The notes below the pieces were generated by a model. It did no database searches. It saw only the letters and a list, made by a program, of their open reading frames with translations, and was not told the DNA's origin. Positions 1-11,813 of a stretch of DNA of 64,000 nucleotides are shown here, in pieces. Numbering within the stretch: position 1 is the stretch's first letter; every line of letters starts with the position of its first letter. Source of the stretch: Malacoraja senta (Eukaryota); contig CM075989.1 of assembly GCA_038087875.1 (NCBI GenBank), positions 9,178,001-9,242,000 on the forward strand, given 5' to 3'. Position numbers and translations under genes: made by a program.

Positions 1-279
1 AAGCTGAAATGTCATCAATCCATTTCCCTCCACATATGCTGCCTGACCCTCCAACACTTTGTTTGTTGAGATGGCCTGAAATTGTCAGACTCGTGACCTT
101 ATGCTTTGTCCATTTGAGAGTGCAGGCTGTCTGCTAGGTTTATCCCAACACCACTGACTGTGCAATGCTCCTTCAGTGCTGCCAGCTTGCATTATGTACT
201 CAAGTCTCAGTAATACAAAAGGACACAAAATGCTAGAGTTACTCAGCCAGTCGGGCAGCATCTCTGGAGAACATGGACA

Positions 280-617
280 GACTCGATCCATATTTCCACT
301 AGTGGGAGAGTCTAGGACCAGAGGACAGAGCCTCAGAATGAACGGACATACCTTTAGAAAGGAGATGAAGAGGAATTTCTTTAGTCAGAGGGTGGTTAAT
401 CTGTGGAATTCATTGCCATAGAAGGCTGTGGAACACAAGTCAATTGGTATTTTTAAAGCGGAGATTGACAGATTCTTGATTCATAGAGGTGTCAGTCATT
501 ATGGGGAGAAGGCAGGAGATTGGGGTTGGGAGGGAAAGATAGATTAGCTATGATTGAATGGCGGAATAGACGATGGTCCGAATGGCCAAATTCTACTCCT
601 GTAACTTATGAACTTAC
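280..617 (+). mobile_element. CR1/HER1 LINE 3' fragment inside a Penelope-derived palindrome
   Basis: FPLVGESRTRG..FRKEMKRNFFSQRVVNLWNSLP (RT C-terminus) plus CR1-type 3' tail; palindrome halves at ~220-280 and ~618-662. Confidence 0.85.
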
Positions 618-1454
618 GTTCTCCAGAGATGCTGCCTGACCCACAGAGTTACTCCAGCACTTAGTTTAGTTTAGTGAAACAGCGCGTAAACAGGCCCTTC
701 AGCCCACTGAGCCTACGCTGACCAGCGATCCTCCACACTTTGTGCCCTTTGTTGTCAACCAGCATCTGCAGTTCCTTGTTTCTCAGCAACATAAGTTGAC
801 ACCACGACGTTCAGCCTCCCAGGTGAGAGTGCTCTCCCCACGTCCCAGCTTATGCCAGGGCAGCTGAACCCTCACATTTCTGAATTATAAAACCTAAAAT
901 CAATGGGATGCATGTTGACTTCAGTCAACCGATTTTCAGGATAATTTCAGACGGATAAATGATGTCTGGATTTCATTTACATTCCAAATTCCTTAGTCTT
1001 GCTCCATCCTGAATAAGACGGCATTTTTGGGGGGAAACCATGCATTAATATTGTTTTCCACGAGAAAAAGACTTCATGCCTAAAGCCACAAGTCTGAAAT
1101 CATCCTTAAAGTTGCTGGGGAAAACTGCTGATCTTCAGATACATCGACATATGAAGTCCAACACTGTTGGAATTTATCAAATCGATTCAATATGAGTTTC
1201 TCGTTTCTTCTTCTGGACCAGATTGTTCAAATGACAACTTTTTACAAAATAAATGTTAGATGTTATGTTTCGCGGCCATCTGGATCTGTTGCTTTGCAAA
1301 CCAGTAAATCTTTAAATAGACATGGGTGGTTATTTGAAGACAAACAATGTAAGAAAAACTCTCTGACTTTGGTTTACCGCTGTTATTTGTATAATCTTAT
1401 CTGTTCCTCATTCCTCGTCCCTGTATGTTCTCAAGGGAATAGTGTAAACAAGAA

Positions 1455-1865
1455 GCAAACACAAAGTGCTGGAAGAACTCAGCCAGTCAGGCAGCATCTG
1501 TGGAAGGAATGGACAGGCGACATTTTGGGCTAGGACCCATCTGCTGACTGGTTGTGGTCGGGGTGAGAAAGCTGGAAAAGGGGGGGGGGGAACAAAGCTT
1601 GGCAAGTGATAGGTGAATAGAGGTGAGGGGGGTTTGATTAACTGATGGGTGGACAAAGGGGTGAGATGAAGAGGAGACAAAAGGATGTCAGATAATGAGA
1701 GAGGAGGAGTGAACTGTAAAGATAGAGGGAGGGATAGAAATTGAAGAGAGCGTGAGGAGAAGAAGGGCAGATTAGTGGGAGAAATGGACTGAGGGCTCAG
1801 GAAAGAAGTAGGGGAAGGAGGGGGTGTTATATAAAATTGGAGAATTCAATGTGTGCTGCTTGTCA
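1455..1865 (-). mobile_element. Penelope-like element 3' fragment
   Basis: Same terminal palindrome-arm sequence and purine-rich 3'UTR as the Penelope copy at 60988-61719, in reverse orientation. Confidence 0.6.
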
Positions 1866-2477
1866 GGCTTTGTCAGTAAACAAAGAAGTATTAGAGGGAG
1901 ATGAGGTAAATATAAAATGTCACCAAGGGGGACTTGGAAGTCGATGCTTGAAAAGGTGGAAGAGGTTCACATATAAACAGCGTTTGGGTGTGTACTTGAA
2001 GACTGTTCTCTCTGAGACAGGAACACCGTGCTGGAGGTCTCATTGGCGGACCGGGAGGACCTTTTTGACCAGGCGAGATCTAGCGCACAATTACGGCCAG
2101 TTTCGTCTATGAAACAAGATAGACACAATAAGCTGGGGTAACTCAGCGGGACAGGCAGCCTGACTGGAGAGAAGAAATGGGTGACGTTTCGGGTCGAGGC
2201 CCTTCTTCATTTGCATCTAAGAAACAAATAGACTCCTGTGTGTCCAACGCTGCATGGATCTTTTATCTTTAAGGATGGGAGGTGAGGGGAAGGAGAAGAC
2301 AGGAAGGGAAAGAGAGGGAAGGATGAGGGATGGGGAACGGAGGGTGGAAGGGGTAAAGGAGAAGAAAATTGGAATGCATTCAAAGCGGTTTGGGGCAGGG
2401 AGGAGTGGAGTAATCAGAATAATCCACATTGTATGTTCTATTGTGTATATCCTCTGTGTTTTCATTTTGTTTTCCAG

Positions 2478-2573
2478 CTCAGGTTTGGGTCACTGTTTCT
2501 TGTAACCACGGCAACACTGGACATTCAGGAGCCCAAGGCCATGTTCGTAAAAGAGGAGGGGAGGATTCGGCAT
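2478..2573 (+). CDS. ITGA11: Integrin alpha-11, third-last coding exon (membrane-proximal calf-2 segment), LRFGSLFLVTTATLDIQEPKAMFVKEEGRIRH
   Basis: Acceptor ttcattttgttttccAG and donor GTGAGT; 96 nt, phase 0/0, open frame. Same length and pattern as the recalled human segment LKYKSMKIMVNAALQRQFHSPFIFREEDPSRQ; splices in frame to the 6094 exon. Confidence 0.8.
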
Positions 2574-3460
2574 GTGAGTTGACATGTGGGGGGGGGGGGG
2601 GGGGGAGCAGTCTGAAACAAGGTTCCAACCCAAAACGTCACCATTCCTTTTTCTCACCAGAGATGCTCGCCTGACCTGCTGAGTTAGCACTTTGTGTCTA
2701 CACCTGGGGACATGATCTCACCATGGCTTCTCAGTCTTTACAATTGCCCACAGTCTCAGCCATCTCTCAGCGTGGGAAGGGTGGAGGGGCTGCTGCTGGA
2801 GCTGCTGATTAACATTGCTAAACCCACGTGAATTTAAGATCTGTAAATGATATCTCAGGATAGCTGTTAGCCCCAGATGCCCGTATCTACTACCCTGCAG
2901 CTCAGTTCCTCCATCTATTAGTGTGCCACAGGTTGAGGACGGGATCCCGACCCAAAACATTACCTGTCTATGTCCTTCAGAGATGCTACCTGACCCACTG
3001 TGTTACTCCAGCATTTTGAGAATCAAGAGTGTTTCATTTTGTGTCCTCTCGTGTCACCGGCATTTCCAGTGTAGTCGCAATCCCACCCTTACACTCTCAT
3101 CCTATCAGACGATGTAATAATGAAAACCACATGTGCCGAATGACCCCCTTCGGTGCCTTCCTTCGAATTTGTCGTTAATTTCGATTTGAAAGGGAACCTC
3201 TATTGGTAAATCTCCATCTGATTTTTAATATCCTGCTTCAAAGCTACACAATTAATCCTTTCAGTTCTGACAACCCCAAGTATGGAAGCTCTAAGTTTGC
3301 AGAGAGCACAAAATAAGTCTCAAAGTAATGACGTTCCAACCCTCCCCCCAAACTTTTCAACGTGAATGTTTTGGTTGTTCCAGCTTGTCATCTTTTCTCT
3401 GGAGCTCTGCTGTCCTCTAGTGGGAAGTTGCTGCCTTGCACAGAACTGTAGAGAAGACTT

Positions 3461-4298
3461 ATAAAGCTGGAGTAACACAACAGGACAGGCGACACACCTC
3501 TGGAGAGAAGGAATGGGTGACGTTTCGGGTCGAGACCCTTCTTCAGACTTAGGGATAAGGGAAACGAGAGATATCGACGATGATGTGGAGAGATAAAGAA
3601 CAATGAATGAAAGATATGCAAAAAAAAAATGATAAAGGAAACAGGCCATTGTTATCTTGTTTAAGAAGGAACTGCAGATGCTGGAAAATCGAAGGTAGAC
3701 AAAAGTGCTGGAGAAACTCAGCGGGTGCGGCAGCATCTATGGAGCGAAGGAAATAGGCAACGTTTCGGGCCGAAATGTTGCCTATTTCCTTCGCTCCATA
3801 GATGCTGCCGCACCCGCTGAGTTTCTCCAGCACTTTTGTCTACCAGGCCATTGTTATCTGTTTGTTGGGTGAAAATGAGAAGCTAATGCGACTTGGGTGG
3901 GGGAGGGATAGAGAGAGAGGGGGAGCTTACTTGAAGTTAGAGATATCAAGTTTTCCAAAACATCACCCACCAGCATCAGCTGTTCCTCCCTACATGACTA
4001 GTTTCACTGTCCTACTGATTAATTTTACTGATTGTATGCCTCCTTGTCACCTTCCCCGCAGCTAACAATGAACCATTCTACATTTTCTGAACATCCTCTG
4101 CTTTGATCTGTCGTTTTCACACCTTACCCTTCCATATCTCTAGACTCCCTCTCCCCCGATTCTCAGCCTGAAGACGGGTCCCGACCCGAAACGTCACCCA
4201 TTCCTTCCGTCCAGAGATGCTGCCTGACCCGCTGTGTTACTCCAGCTTTTTGTGTCTATCTTTGGTTTAAACCAGCATCTGCAGTTCCTTCCTACACA
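3461..4298. mobile_element. Penelope-derived inverted (tail-out) double-end insertion with a nested palindromic copy at 3658-3843
   Basis: 12-bp TSD tagagaagactt (3449-3460 / 4299-4310). Nested copy has a 16-bp TSD caggccattgttatct (3642-3657 / 3844-3859). Confidence 0.8.
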
Positions 4299-4369
4299 TA
4301 GAGAAGACTTGTTTATTTGATAATGTACATTTCCAGAATGTCCCAAACCAGTTCCAAAACCATGAAACA

Positions 4370-5480
4370 GAAGACAAAACTGCTGGAAGCACTCAACGGG
4401 TCAGCCAGCATCTGTGGAGGCAGAGGGGTGTATTGGGTGGGCGATGTTGATTCAGGACTGAGAGTGCAAAGGGAAAGAAGGCAGTATGATGAGGCGAGAT
4501 GGAGACTGGTAGGTGATGGGTACAACCAGATGAAGGGGGGGATAATGGGCACATGGAACCGTTCTTGGGAAGGGACTGGGGTGGGAGGGGGGAAGAAGTT
4601 TGTGAGACTTGGTAAAGGGGAGGGAGAGATGGCAGATGTGAGCAAAGGGAGAGAGACCGTGGATGGACAGATGGGAGTGGGGAAGAACGCAGGAGGCATG
4701 GATTATGAAATTGAAAAATTCAGTGATCCTACCATTGGGCTGTAGGCTACCCCAGCAGAATATGAGGTTTGGGCCTCTAGTTTATGAGTGGACTCACTCT
4801 GGCAGTGGAGAAGGCCGAGGACAGAAAGATCATTGTGAGGGTGGAAAAGGAGTTGAAAGATGAGCTCAACGCTACGCTTGGTCTCCCCAACGTAGAGGTG
4901 ACATCAGGAGCACGTAATGCAAAAGAGCAGGTTGGAGTTGGAGTTGGAGCATGCGAGCCTTTGCCTCGCTGTGAGGCTGTGGGCTATGAGGGAGGTTGTG
5001 CAGGGATAGGTGTTGTACTTCCAAATGTTACGGGGGAAAGTGCTAGGGATGAGGAGGGATGGGTGGACCAAGGGGTAACAGAGTGGGGTAGTTCTGGCAG
5101 ACAGCAGACAAGTGGGGGGGGGGGAGAGAAGATGTGACTGTGGGTGAGATCCTGTTAGAGCCGGCAGAAGTGGGGAAGAATGAGGAGTTGATCTAAATGC
5201 AAGTGGGACGAAAGACGAGAACCAGGGGAAGTCTATATTAGTACTGTTTGGAGAGAGGGGGTTTCAGAGCAGACAATGGAGATGGAGGAAATGCAAGCGA
5301 GGGCTCATCAACGACATCGGGGAGGGAGGGGGGGAAACCATGTTTCCTGATTTCAGAACTCCTACAGTGGAAAGCCTCATCTTGAGAACAGATGCAGCAG
5401 AGACAGTGAACTGAGAGAAGATGATAGATTTCTTGGGTAAGGGGGGTGAGGGGGAATGTAGTTGAGGTAGCTATGGGAAG
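4370..5480 (-). mobile_element. Degraded Penelope-like element (GIY-YIG region and 3' end)
   Basis: Reverse complement resembles the 61100-61700 copy (e.g. YVGETKRS-like at ~4870-4895); boundaries approximate. Confidence 0.6.
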
Positions 5481-6093
5481 CCATAGATGTTCAGTAGATG
5501 TTGGTACCTATACCAACCCTCCCTTTCACACACGGGCACACTGGTTCCTAATACCTATGCACCCTTTCATTCGGGCTCTGTAACCACGCATCCTTTCCCT
5601 TCGAGCCACGATAGCCACACACAGGGGCCCCAATCTCACCTTCCCTTGTGTGTTACATTGAGTCATAGAAATGTAGAATAGCAGAGACACTTCGGCCACC
5701 TTATCCATTGCGACCAAGTTTCCACACTAGGATAGTCCCATTTGCCGCAACACTTCCATGGAGCCAAATCTCTACCACAACATGGCTTCATGAGCTGGGC
5801 TGGCTGGCCAGAAGGGGATTAAGTTGGCACAAATGCTGGAGTAACTCAGCGGGTCAGGCAGCATTTCTGAGAAAAGGAATAGGTGATGTTTCGGGTCGAG
5901 ACCCCTTCTTCAGACTGAGTGTCAGGGGAGAGGGAAACTAGAGATACGAAGAGCTACAAAGAACAAATTAATGAAAGCTATGTTGGGGGCGAGTGGTGTG
6001 AAGCAAAGATGTGATATAAGTGTTGGAATCATGAGATAGCGAAGGTGACAGAGGATCAGAGGACCTGAGGTAAAGTTGTGTATCTTCTTACAG

Positions 6094-6207
6094 ATAACGC
6101 TTCACATGACCAAGCAGTGGGAGTCTGAGGTCCCACTTTGGATTATAATCGGAAGCTCAATAGGAGGGCTACTTCTCCTGGCCTTGCTCACTCTTGCTCT
6201 ATGGAAG
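6094..6207 (+). CDS. ITGA11: Integrin alpha-11 transmembrane exon, ITLHMTKQWESEVPLWIIIGSSIGGLLLLALLTLALWK
   Basis: Acceptor tatcttcttacAG and donor GTAAGG; 114 nt, phase 0/0. Classic integrin-alpha TM segment (VPxWIIxGSxxGGLLLLALL..ALWK). Confidence 0.93.
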
Positions 6208-6736
6208 GTAAGGTAAATGTTCCAAAGCAATTTGTAAGGCAAAATGTTGAACAAACTAAACAAGTTTAACTGCCCAGGTGTTAAAGGCTTGCGGGGGAGA
6301 GGGGGGGGGAGGTAGAGGGGGGTGGGGAGGGGGGGGGAGTGACTGTACTAACAAGCATGCAGCACTTCACAGCTTTGAGTGGTTCCATGTGTCTAAACCC
6401 AAAACCCCTCAAGTTTATTGCCATTGTCATCCCAATAGGGAAACTGATGCACAACATCCTGATGCCCTTTGGTTGCTGCTGTCAAAGGCATTTGCACCCC
6501 GTTAAAATTTCTCACAACCAACAGGGACATTTAAATCAATTCAAAGAGATTGGAATAATTAGAAGTATGTGTACATTTCATCCCAGAGAGATCTGGGAGA
6601 ATTTTTGAAACTGGTTGATGTGCCGTTGGTTAGTGGAGTTCGAATAAACATCAGTCCTGACCTAACTGAATATTGTTTTTAAAGAGTGGAGATGATTCCA
6701 CGTTAACTCTGAAAAACAGCCCCTCAGGTTAGTGAC

Positions 6737-7170
6737 TGTAGATGAGATATGCATGTGCCTTTAATATAGTTACCTCATCACTACTAACCACTCCCCATAT
6801 CACAAGTATAATTAGGATGGCGAGATGCGAAGGAGACAGGCAGCTGCAGGCCGTCATGGAGCTGTAGTAGCAAGCGGCACAAGCCCGAACTGAGAGGCGT
6901 CGCAGGTGAGGATAATGGGACGCTGCAGGTCCCACGCTGGAGGCGTGGGTTCGAATCCCACTTATGACACCATGTAAATAAGCGTTAACGACACATCGTT
7001 ACTTACTACCTTTATTCATACTGCAGCATTATAGAAGGCACTAGCTGTACGTGGTCTATCACAGGAACTAGAGAGCGATATGTGGGTGGGGAGGTTGTAA
7101 TTATACTTGTGATATGGGGAGTAGTTAGTAGTATTAACTATATTAAAGGCACATGCATATCTCATCTACA
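6737..7170 (-). mobile_element. Rearranged Ty3/Gypsy element: LTR (7170-6973), extended tRNA-Leu PBS (6972-6937), RNase H fragment (~6935-6815), inverted partial LTR (6737-6814)
   Basis: TGT...ACA termini, 5-bp TSD GTGAC, AATAAA in the LTR, TGGTGTCATAAGTGGGATTCGAACC after the LTR's CA, and DLQRPIILTCDASQFGL / DGLQLPVSFASR coding remnants. Confidence 0.88.
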
Positions 7171-7400
7171 GTGACCCAGCGGTAAAGCTGCTGCCTTACA
7201 GCGCCTGAGACCCAGGTTTGATCCTGTCTATGGGTGCTGTCTGTACGGAGTTTGTAAGTTCTCCCTGTGACCGCGAGTGTTTTTTTCCGGGTGCTCCGGT
7301 TTCCTCCCACACTCCAAAGACGTACAGGTTTGTAGGTTAATTGACTTCGATAAAATAGTGAATTGTGTTGGTCGGCGTGGACTCGGAGGGGCTGTTTCGG
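7171..7400 (+). mobile_element. HE1-type V-SINE
   Basis: tRNA-like head (cagcggtaaagctgctgccttacagcgcc..ggtttgatcc) plus V-domain (gggtgctccggtttcctcccaca). Confidence 0.85.
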
Positions 7401-7491
7401 CGGCTGAACCTCTAAAGTCTAAATGGACATGGTCAGGCAAGCACTGTGCTAACGGCCCTGTGGTTGCTATGAGGGTTGGGATGGACACTGT

Positions 7492-7889
7492 CCAAAGATC
7501 CTATAGCAAGCAAGATGGTCCACTCGACGAAAAAGGCGGAGTACGGTCATGGGCAGATTCATGGGTAATTTAAGGCCCCATTTCCGTAACCGGCTTCCGT
7601 CTCCGCACCAAAGATCCCATAGGATACCAGTGCGGAGACGGAAGCCGGTTACGGAAACATCCTCGTAAAAATAAAAGTTATTTGGTAAAAATCTTCTCCT
7701 CATTTTCAGAATTTAAATTTATTAACACAAACTGTTCCCCCGCAACGTTGATTACACTGCGAGTCGGGTCAGGTCCGGTTACGGAAATGGATGAAAAAAA
7801 AGGCCCACGTTCTGTTCTGTTGCGTACTACACGTCAGCCCATTGCATTTAGCAGGAGTGGTCTATCTTGCTCCGCTACAGGATCTTTGG
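7492..7889. mobile_element. Non-autonomous TIR element (MITE-like) with an internal perfect hairpin
   Basis: Ends CCAAAGATCCTATAG..CAAGAT / ATCTTG..CTACAGGATCTTTGG; 28-bp perfect inverted repeat at 7581-7608 / 7630-7657. Confidence 0.75.
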
Positions 7890-7940
7890 TTTAACCTTTT
7901 AACATAGTTTCCTTATCACTACCTCCACCCTCTTCTCTCC

Positions 7941-8676
7941 TTGGCGGCTCTCTGCCTCAGGACCCTGCAGAGATACCTGTACTCAGGGCATTCTCCCAGG
8001 TGGCACATGTTGGCGACGCACTTTTTCCAACGGGGCCGCTGCCTTCAAGGAGGTACGCGGATCCCGATGGTGGGCGTCAGCCGTGCGGTCCTGATGGGGA
8101 TGTCCGGCTTCTACAGGGACTTGTTGAGAGTCTGGAACCTGGTTGCCGTCAACCGGGCAGTTCACAGACTTGCCAGCCGCCTGCCACTTTTGTGGGCTGG
8201 AAGACTCTGTGTACATGGAGTGCGTGAGGGCTGCAGCCACTGTTTGAATACCTAAAGGGGCTGCTCCTTGCCTTCTGGCTGCATTTTTCATCCACCATCC
8301 TCATCTTTGGACACCCTGTGCGTAGGGGAGAGAATAGGGCTGAAGATGTCCTGGTAGGGTTGCTCCTGGGCCTGGCCAAGCTGGCCATCCGCGAGTCCAC
8401 TGCGCCAGGCGGAAGAGGGCTCTGCCCGAGCCGGCTGCCTGCCCCTTTTCTGGGGTTACGTCCACACCCGGGTGGTGTTAGAGAGGGGACTACGCCTGTC
8501 CCACGGGCACCCTGGGGGATTTCCAGGACCGTTGGGCACCGCAGGGGGGGTTGAATGTATCCTGGACAAGGATTGTAATAGTATATTTGTTTTGTCTTGT
8601 AATATGGTGGTGTGTTCTGTTTTTTTTAATTGTGTTGTAAATACTATTTTAATATTTGAATAATTTTTTTTTTAAT
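7941..8676 (+). mobile_element. Tx1-clade (L1-like) LINE 3' fragment, internally deleted
   Basis: AALCLRTLQRYLY, CHFCGLE..YMEC zinc-knuckle remnant, LLLGLAKLAIRES; 12-bp imperfect TSD at 7929-7940 / 8677-8688. Confidence 0.8.
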
Positions 8677-8700
8677 CCTCTTCTTTCCGAACGAAATCAG

Positions 8701-8793
8701 CTGGGCTTTTTCCGAAGCGCGTATCGCAGGAGGAAGGAATCCTTGGCAGCTCGGAATGGTTACGTCGGGCATTTAAAGAAAGCAAATCTCTGA
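8701..8793 (+). CDS. ITGA11: Integrin alpha-11 last coding exon (cytoplasmic tail), LGFFRSAYRRRKESLAARNGYVGHLKKANL*
   Basis: Acceptor ...aaatcAG. WK|LGFFRSA.RRR is the ITGA11-type variant of the GFFKR motif; TGA at 8791-8793; tail-to-tail with FEM1B as in mammals. Confidence 0.92.
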   Translation: MGFFRSAYRRRKESLAARNGYVGHLKKANL

Positions 8794-9534
8794 AGCCCTG
8801 ACTGTCGAAGCAAATGGTGAAGAAGATGTGAATTTGTTCATCAACTCTGCGCTCATGCAGACGGGCTCAGGTAGATGATTACGTTGTGCCCAAGATCAGC
8901 ACAACACCAACGCACCTTCTTGTACTCTTGTTTTCTGTTGACACCTCACACTTTATTTGGTTTTCTAAGGTGCAATATACTGTATTCCCCCAGAGTATCC
9001 GCCCTGTTGGGAAATATGTTTTAACAGGGGTGTGATGCAGTTTACATTTGTTTGTTTGGAAAGTTGAACGTTGACTGAGCTAAATGCTAGAAGCTTCAAC
9101 ATTGCAGTCACGGTGGAGGTAAGAGGCAATGGCCGGGCTGTCTCCTTTTACAAGTTGTGCTTGCCCCCATGAGAGGTAAATCAAAGCCAGCTCACATGGG
9201 GTCTTTTTAAAACAGTGGAAACTCAATCATTTGCAAAATGCCTTTTTTTTTTTTTTAGCAGAATACTGGCCATCTGCCATCTTTGCTCCAGGGAATTTTG
9301 TTTAAGATAATGAGCAACGATTTTACAGAATTTACTGGTTGCAAATCCTTATATGCATTGGCCAGGACACTGAAGGACAGGTACAGATATACTGTCTCAC
9401 CATGCATTTCCATAACCCTCCATACCAAGAGGGTCTGATGCAGATTCTCCATCTGCTGCAGCATGGTGGCGCAGCGGTAGAGTTGCTGCCTTACATCGGC
9501 AGAGACTTGGGTTCGGTCTCGACTACGGGTGCTT

Positions 9535-10535
9535 CATGGAAGGAAGTAGAGGGTGATGGTGGAAGGTGATTTTTGAGACTGGAGGCCTGTGACTAGTGGT
9601 TAGGGGTGCTCATCTCATTGCTGTTTGAGGTCTATATTAGCAATTTGGATGAAAATGTAGAAAGCACGATCAGTAAGTTTGCAGATGACACTAAGGTGGG
9701 TGGTATTGTATAGCGAAGATGGTTATGAAATGCAGCAAAATCGTGATCGGTTAGGCAAGTGGGCTGAGCGTTCAATGCAGATAAGTGTGAGGTGTTGCAT
9801 TTTGTGAAGTCACACCAGGACTGGACCTTCACAGTGAGTGTCAGACCCTGGAGAGTTTGTAGAGCAGAGGGGTTTAAGAGTGCAGGCGCAAAGCACCTTG
9901 AAAGTGGAGTCACAGGTAGGTAGGGTGGTGAAGAAGGCTTTTGCCATATTGACCTTCATCAGTGAGGTATTGTGTATAGAAGTTAGGATGCTATGTTACA
10001 GTTGGACAAGATGATGGCCAGGCCACATTTGGAGTATTTTGTGTTAGTTTTGGTCATCCTGATCTAAGAATATTGTTAATCTGGAGAGAGTGCAGAGATG
10101 ATTTACGAGGATGTTACCTGGTCTTGAGCTACAGGGAGAAGTTCGGCAGCTAGCACTTTATTCCTTCCAGCACAGGAGGATGAGGGGTGTAGAAGATCAT
10201 GAGGGGAAGAGAGTAAATGCACAGTATTTTACCACAAGTAGGAACAAGAGAACATAGTTTTAGGATGAGAGGGGGAAGGTTAGTCAGAATCTGAGGGGCA
10301 AACTTTTCACACAGACGGGTGGTGGGCGTATGGAACAAGTTGCCAGAGACGAGGCAGGTTGAGTTGAGGCAGGGACTACAAAAGTATTTAAAAAGACACT
10401 TGGGCAGGTCCGTGGATAGGAAAGATTTGGAGGGATATGGGGCAAACACAGGCAGGTGGGTTGAGTGTATATGGGCTATTTTGGTCGGAAATGGCAAGTT
10501 GGGCCAAAGGGCCTGCTTCCGTGCTGTATGACACG
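9535..10535 (+). mobile_element. Degraded CR1/HER1 LINE (RT 3' half)
   Basis: ISKFADDTK motif at ~9670-9695 and CR1 C-terminal remnants; preceded by a V-SINE head at ~9465-9533. Confidence 0.8.
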
Positions 10536-11813
10536 CAAGTAGGACATTCACCATCCTCTTACCACCTCATTGTCTGTCTGATTAGTGACTGCTTGTAATA
10601 AGGGCCCCAAATGTTGCACGTTAGCAAATGGAAACATCTCTGCACGTATCTGTCAAACTCTTTCAAAATTTTAAAACCCTCTTCTATTAGGATGGAAGTA
10701 TCGACTTATTCCACAGATTAGCAAAGTCTGGCAGTGAAACTCCAAAGTAATGGCACAGGACACCATTTGCCCCATTGAGTATAGGCCAACCACAGGAAGA
10801 ACCAGAGCGACTAATCCCATTGTCAATGGTCAAGTTGTTGTGGCATGGATTTTCTGCCTCCACCACTCTCTTCGGACCCCATCATTCCTTTCCCTCAACT
10901 CCCCACTAATCCTTTCACCGATTACTTGAAAAAAATATCCCTTATAATTGAACTCTCTCCCAAATAGAAAAATGTTCTTATTCATCTAATTCTCTATAAT
11001 TATACACACCCCAATAAATCTTTCAGCCTCCACTGTTACAAAGCCCAGCTCTTCAATCACTTAGCATAAATCTCCATCCTTCTAGTAGAGTGGGACGAGT
11101 ATGCTATCTTTCAGCTCTGTGAACATTGCTGTGTTGAGAAATCCTATCTGAACCATTAACTTCCTTGCTCTTTACTTCAACCATTTTCTGTTAATTCAGA
11201 TTTCCGTTACTAATTCAGTTTATCGGCATTCCTATTTTCTATCGAACCCATTCAGACGATGTTGAACACCAACTTCCGATAGAGGGTGAATGGGTTGAAT
11301 TGCAATAGTTAGAATCAAACAATAAATCACATCCAGTTATTTAATGCTTCTAAAAACTGTCCTGAAAGTCTGACTGACACTACATTCTCATCAAACATAA
11401 TCATACTCGAGAAAAGTTTCTCTGCTTTGACATTTAGTGTCTGTATTATATGTAAAACAACTCTTGTATTTGTAAATATTTGGAAAGAATTTGCCTTTGT
11501 ATTTCAGTGTTGAAGAATGTAATTATGCACGACAATGGACAGTTCCTCAAAGAAAATGAGTTTTCCATATGTACGAGGTTGCTTGTTTTATTTTAAATGT
11601 AAACTGAGAAGGTAGATGACTTCAAAAAGGAGCACCTTGCTGAACACATTCCTACCACCTCTCTGCAGTGAGATTGTTAGGGCTTGAGGTGATAGAAATA
11701 TATTAAGCAAGGTCTGCGGTAGCCCACCAACTTTCATTACCTCAGGTCGCTGCCAATCACTGGTACTTGTACAAAATTCTGCATCTTGTAGCATCAAGCA
11801 CTTAACACAGTTA

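Noticed and set aside
3144..3209. VVNFDLKGNLYW resembling an ITGA11 exon (INFHLLGNLW)
   Set aside because: Bounded by in-frame stops, no good acceptor, and in the wrong order relative to the 2478 exon.
6937..6972. tRNA-Leu gene
   Set aside because: Only the 3' 36 nt are present, with encoded CCA directly abutting an LTR; it is a PBS/primer copy.
6734..7173. CACTA/EnSpm transposon (CACTG-like ends)
   Set aside because: The flanking bases are better explained as a GTGAC direct repeat outside TGT..ACA ends; the PBS and RNase H remnants indicate Gypsy origin.
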